Assembly: GCF_902459465.1 (NCBI RefSeq)
Contig: NC_047069.1
Coordinates: 17,174,001 to 17,238,000, forward strand
From: Asterias rubens
Lineage: Eukaryota
DNA length: 64,000 bases
Direction of reading: 5' to 3'
The position numbers and the translations under genes are program-made. The notes under the pieces were generated by a model that saw nothing but the letters and a program-made list of their open reading frames with translations, ran no database searches and had not been told where the DNA came from. This document shows, piece by piece, positions 60,801 through 64,000 of the stretch (the first letter of the stretch is position 1; every line of letters starts with the position of its first letter).

Positions 60801-62594
60801 TTTAAAGAGTAAAACAAGTTATGAGAATTTCTTAAAAACTACAGCACCTCAGCAAGTAATATTTAAGGGTAAGCTACTATCATTATCTTTAAACGGTGTA
60901 AGTTTAATCTGTGGACATTGTGTTTTGTGTTGCAAAAAGTACCCGAATCCTTTAAGGTAGAAGCATAATACTACTATTTCTTTGAGTATGGGCCGTCATT
61001 CTTGCGTAATGGCCCGATTTTGTGCAGGCAGAGAACCCTGAAGGAGAAGAGGACAGGAATCCCAAAATACATACCTCTCCATCAAGCAGTACATTTGTAG
61101 GTGATAAGGCTCGATGCACCAACCCATGTTGATTCATGAAGGTCAGGCCTTCTAAAACCTCATGGATAAGCTGAAGCACTTTGTCTGAGCTGTGTTTAGG
61201 GGAAAAGCAAATTAGGACCTTTTATTAATGGGATGATGGAGGAGAAGGTAGTTCGCGTCCTGCCACAGTGAATTCAGGAGAAACAAAGATTGCAAAATGT
61301 TATCTCATAAAACATGTCATGCCAGTATAGAATGTTGTCTTATTTTCATAGGATCAAAAGAGGGAGTAAGCATTTTCAAGACAATAAAAAGCTGTACCGG
61401 GCAAGTTTTAAAATTGCTCATGTAACTTTTTCACTTAGACAGTTTTTCTCTTTGCCCTGAACACATATTAAGTCAGACAAACTACACTCCTGGCTGTAAT
61501 TTCTTGTACATGTATCATATCAACTTACTTTGAAAATGTTCCTTTCTTGGCCTCCAAACGCAAATTGTTATCCGCTCATTAGAAGAAAGGCCTAAGAAAT
61601 GCCAGCAATGACTACACATTTTATTTGTGAATACAAAATCTCTCACAAAACAAACACAGGAATCAAAGGAATGCACACATAAACATGTTTAAATACAAAG
61701 TTCCAACAAATGTTGCGTTTTTTTCCAATTCATTTCAGATGGCATCTTGAGCTAAAAAGTATCAGATGATAGATGGGGAAAACTGGCTCTATGATAACTA
61801 TTTTAACAAGTGCAAAAAATAGTTAATGGCCTGACGTTTCGACCCTAGCAGAGTCTTTCTCGAAGGCTAAATGACAACACAACAAACATGAACAGGTAAC
61901 TAAGTGAAACATAAGCAGTGAAGTGGAAATACATGAATGGGGTTAGAAAGCATACATAAAAAAGTAATAATAATAAGTATTCACACATCATTCTTGTTCC
62001 AAGTTAGAACCTATAAAACCTTAAATGTTCATTATTTGCAGTTATAAGGATTTGTTTTCTTGGTGTGTCATGGCTGAGCAGTCTAGTAGGACACTGTACT
62101 CTACAGAATCAAGGCCTTGTCAGTCAAAACACTTGTGTCCTTCAGCAAGGCACTTTATCATAATTGCTTCTCTCCACCCATGAGTACAATGGATACTGTC
62201 TGCGAGAGGTGGGAAAAGACTTCGATGGACTGGCATCCTGTCTAGTTAATAGAACAGAAATATTCTCAGCCGTTTAATGCCAAGGAAACCGGATGAAGCA
62301 CCGGCCTGCTGATGAACAACATTGGCTCGGGACAGACTTCACCATGTTTACATTGTTTTATATCATGCAAAAGAAATTGCTATGTATTTTTTTTTCCTCA
62401 CCATGTTTGCCTCTAACAATGTCCACATACTGACAAAGTCTTGGGTGCGAGGACAACTTCAGTTTCTGCAGACGTCCCAGGATTTTGATGGAGTTTGGTG
62501 TGAGTGGCAGACCATCTGTACCACACTGATCGTGTGCGTGGGCTGCAGCGTAGAACGTTGACACACCTAGATCTGCCTTACCCAAAGGCTGCAT
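42894..62594 (-). CDS. TBCK: TBC1 domain-containing kinase (pseudokinase-TBC-rhodanese), about 894 aa
   Basis: Exons: 62594-62402, [61574-61529 tentative], 61189-61075, 60245-60172, 59470-59203, 58346-58285, 57936-57785, 57256-57118, 55286-55137, 54288-54189, 53335-53201, 52599-52410, 51104-51054, 50672-50589, 48977-48855, 47662-47501, 46545-46361, 45520-45339, 44633-44474, 43007-42894. Phases are consistent. Signature peptides: [68 protein letters not shown]. Confidence 0.95.
46093..46420. repeat. 112-bp tandem repeat, 3 copies, spanning a TBCK exon end and splice donor
   Basis: tttggccccagcgctagc begins at 46093, 46205 and 46317. Confidence 0.9.
50165..50540. mobile_element. TTAA-flanked MITE family D
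   Basis: TIR ttaaagccattatacactttcgg / ctgaaagtgtccaatggctttaa. Confidence 0.8.
51286..51957 (+). repeat. 63-bp (two 53-bp) tandem repeat, 11 copies, derived from a tRNA/SINE head
   Basis: gacac anchors at 51342, 51405, 51458, 51511, 51574, 51637, 51700, 51764, 51827, 51890 and 51953. Confidence 0.95.
54510..54660 (-). mobile_element. tRNA-derived SINE (related fragments at 58500-58600, 58800-58900 and 60050-60090)
   Basis: Reverse complement has A-box TAGCTCAGTTGGTAGAGC and B-box GGTTCAAATCC but no valid acceptor stem. Confidence 0.75.
55846..56906. repeat. 59-bp minisatellite, 18 copies, in a TBCK intron
   Basis: Unit gtgcacacttagctgtgaatcttccattgtttcattatcctcttacctctaagatggag; anchors every 58-59 bp from 55846 to 56847. 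Confidence 0.95.
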
Positions 62595-63611
62595 GGTTAG
62601 ATTGCAGTGTTTGACTCCAGTATTGAATCTTTGGTCATTTGGTTTGCAGTTTGGTCTGATGGTAAAAACAAATAACATTTGATTTAAAATGGACAAAATA
62701 ACAATTTGGTTTGTAGTTTGTCTGATTATAAAAACAAATAACATGATTTAAAATGGACAAAATAATAAATGGCTTGACATTTCGTCCCTTAGCACTTTGA
62801 AGTTGGGATTATAATTATAGTTCTTGATCATAACAACAGTCAAAAGCAGGAGAGTTTAATATGATGAACCATTGGAATATTTATTGTAATTTTGTTTGCA
62901 CCTTTTTTCGTTATTGTAAAAAAATATACCCACTTGTTTTAATGGCTTTTTGGCAAATTAATTATTAATAAAACAATAAAAACAGTAGTGAGAAAGTGTT
63001 TTCAAAGCAGAGGTAAACCACGTACACTGGAAAACTGAATGAAAATTGAAATGTTAAAATGAGATAGTCACTTTGTTCATTAAAGATAATTGATATTGGC
63101 AGACTGGGTTGCTCATAATCATATATGGTCCATATGGTAAAAACCTCTTACTTCTTGCAGTGGACACTATTGGTAATTACTCAAAATATTTATTAGCATA
63201 AAACCTTTCTTGATTACGAGTAATGGGGAGAGGTTGATAGTACAAAACATTGTGAGAAACAGCTCCCTCTGAAGTGACGTAGTTTTCAAGAAAGAAGTAA
63301 ATTTTCACAAATTTGATTTCGAGACCTCAGATTTAGAATTTGAGGTCTCGTAATCAAGAATCTGAAGGCACACAACTTTTTGTATCTCGCAACTTCGACG
63401 ACCCATAGAGCTCAAATTTTTACAGGTTTGTTATTTTATGCATATATGTTGAGATACACCAACTGGGAAGACTAGTCTTTGACAATTACCAATAGTGTCC
63501 AGTGTCTTAAAGTTCTTGTCTTCTTAATTAATCATTCTTAATCTTAGTTGGTTAGTGCCACATGTATGTTCTAAGTTTTAGAACCTATAGAGTAAGTAAG
63601 AAGGGGAACCG

Positions 63612-63675
63612 GTCAACTCGGTCCCAAGTCAACTCGGTCCCAAGTCAACTCGGTCCCAAGTCAACTCGGACCCAA
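63612..63675. repeat. 16-bp tandem repeat (tcaactcggtcccaag) x4
   Basis: Read directly from the sequence. Confidence 0.85.
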
Positions 63676-64000
63676 GACAGGGAAGCTTGCACGGGCGGGA
63701 GGGAGGGAGTGGGAGGGACCGCAACCCATGTTATTGTTGTTCTTTATTATCGACCACTGTCTCAAGTCTGTTTAATGGCGGACTGTCTCTCGCAACGTAA
63801 AAACCAAAACTTTAAAAATTTCAACACACCATAAAGTGCAAGTGTTATTGTTAAAAAATTGGATAGATGATTTGAAAAAAAAAACCATTTAGTTGTTGAT
63901 TGTGAACAATTTTACCATTATCCTACTGAAAACACACGACACCAGGATAGGTTGCTCTATGGATAATCAGATAATGGTGAGAGGATGGATGTGTGTGACG

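Overview
AT-rich, intron-containing animal genomic DNA, rich in TTAA-flanked MITEs and tRNA-derived SINEs. The repeat landscape suggests a marine invertebrate, probably an echinoderm; that assignment is inference. I traced three spliced minus-strand host genes exon by exon: a 12-finger C2H2 zinc-finger gene (12.2-14.1 kb), FBXW7 (21.0-31.2 kb) and TBCK (42.9-62.6 kb). The window also holds a tRNA-Ala(TGC) gene and an intact single-exon 471-479 aa Cys-rich ORF (37.6-39.1 kb). The first 7.7 kb is a graveyard of decayed mobile-element genes (DUF3987-like, piggyBac, Ginger/Gin-like). Top finding: two exons encoding a ComEA-type tandem helix-hairpin-helix (HhH) DNA-binding domain plus a basic Ser-rich linker splice in frame onto FBXW7. 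They sit where vertebrates have isoform-specific first exons, predicting an 801-aa HhH-F-box-WD40 SCF substrate receptor. Other notable items: three independent micro-duplications of exon boundaries (one with only synonymous substitutions), an 11-copy array of Pol III A/B boxes, and an 18-copy 59-bp minisatellite with higher-order structure carrying consensus splice donors. All annotations were read by eye; no database searches were run.
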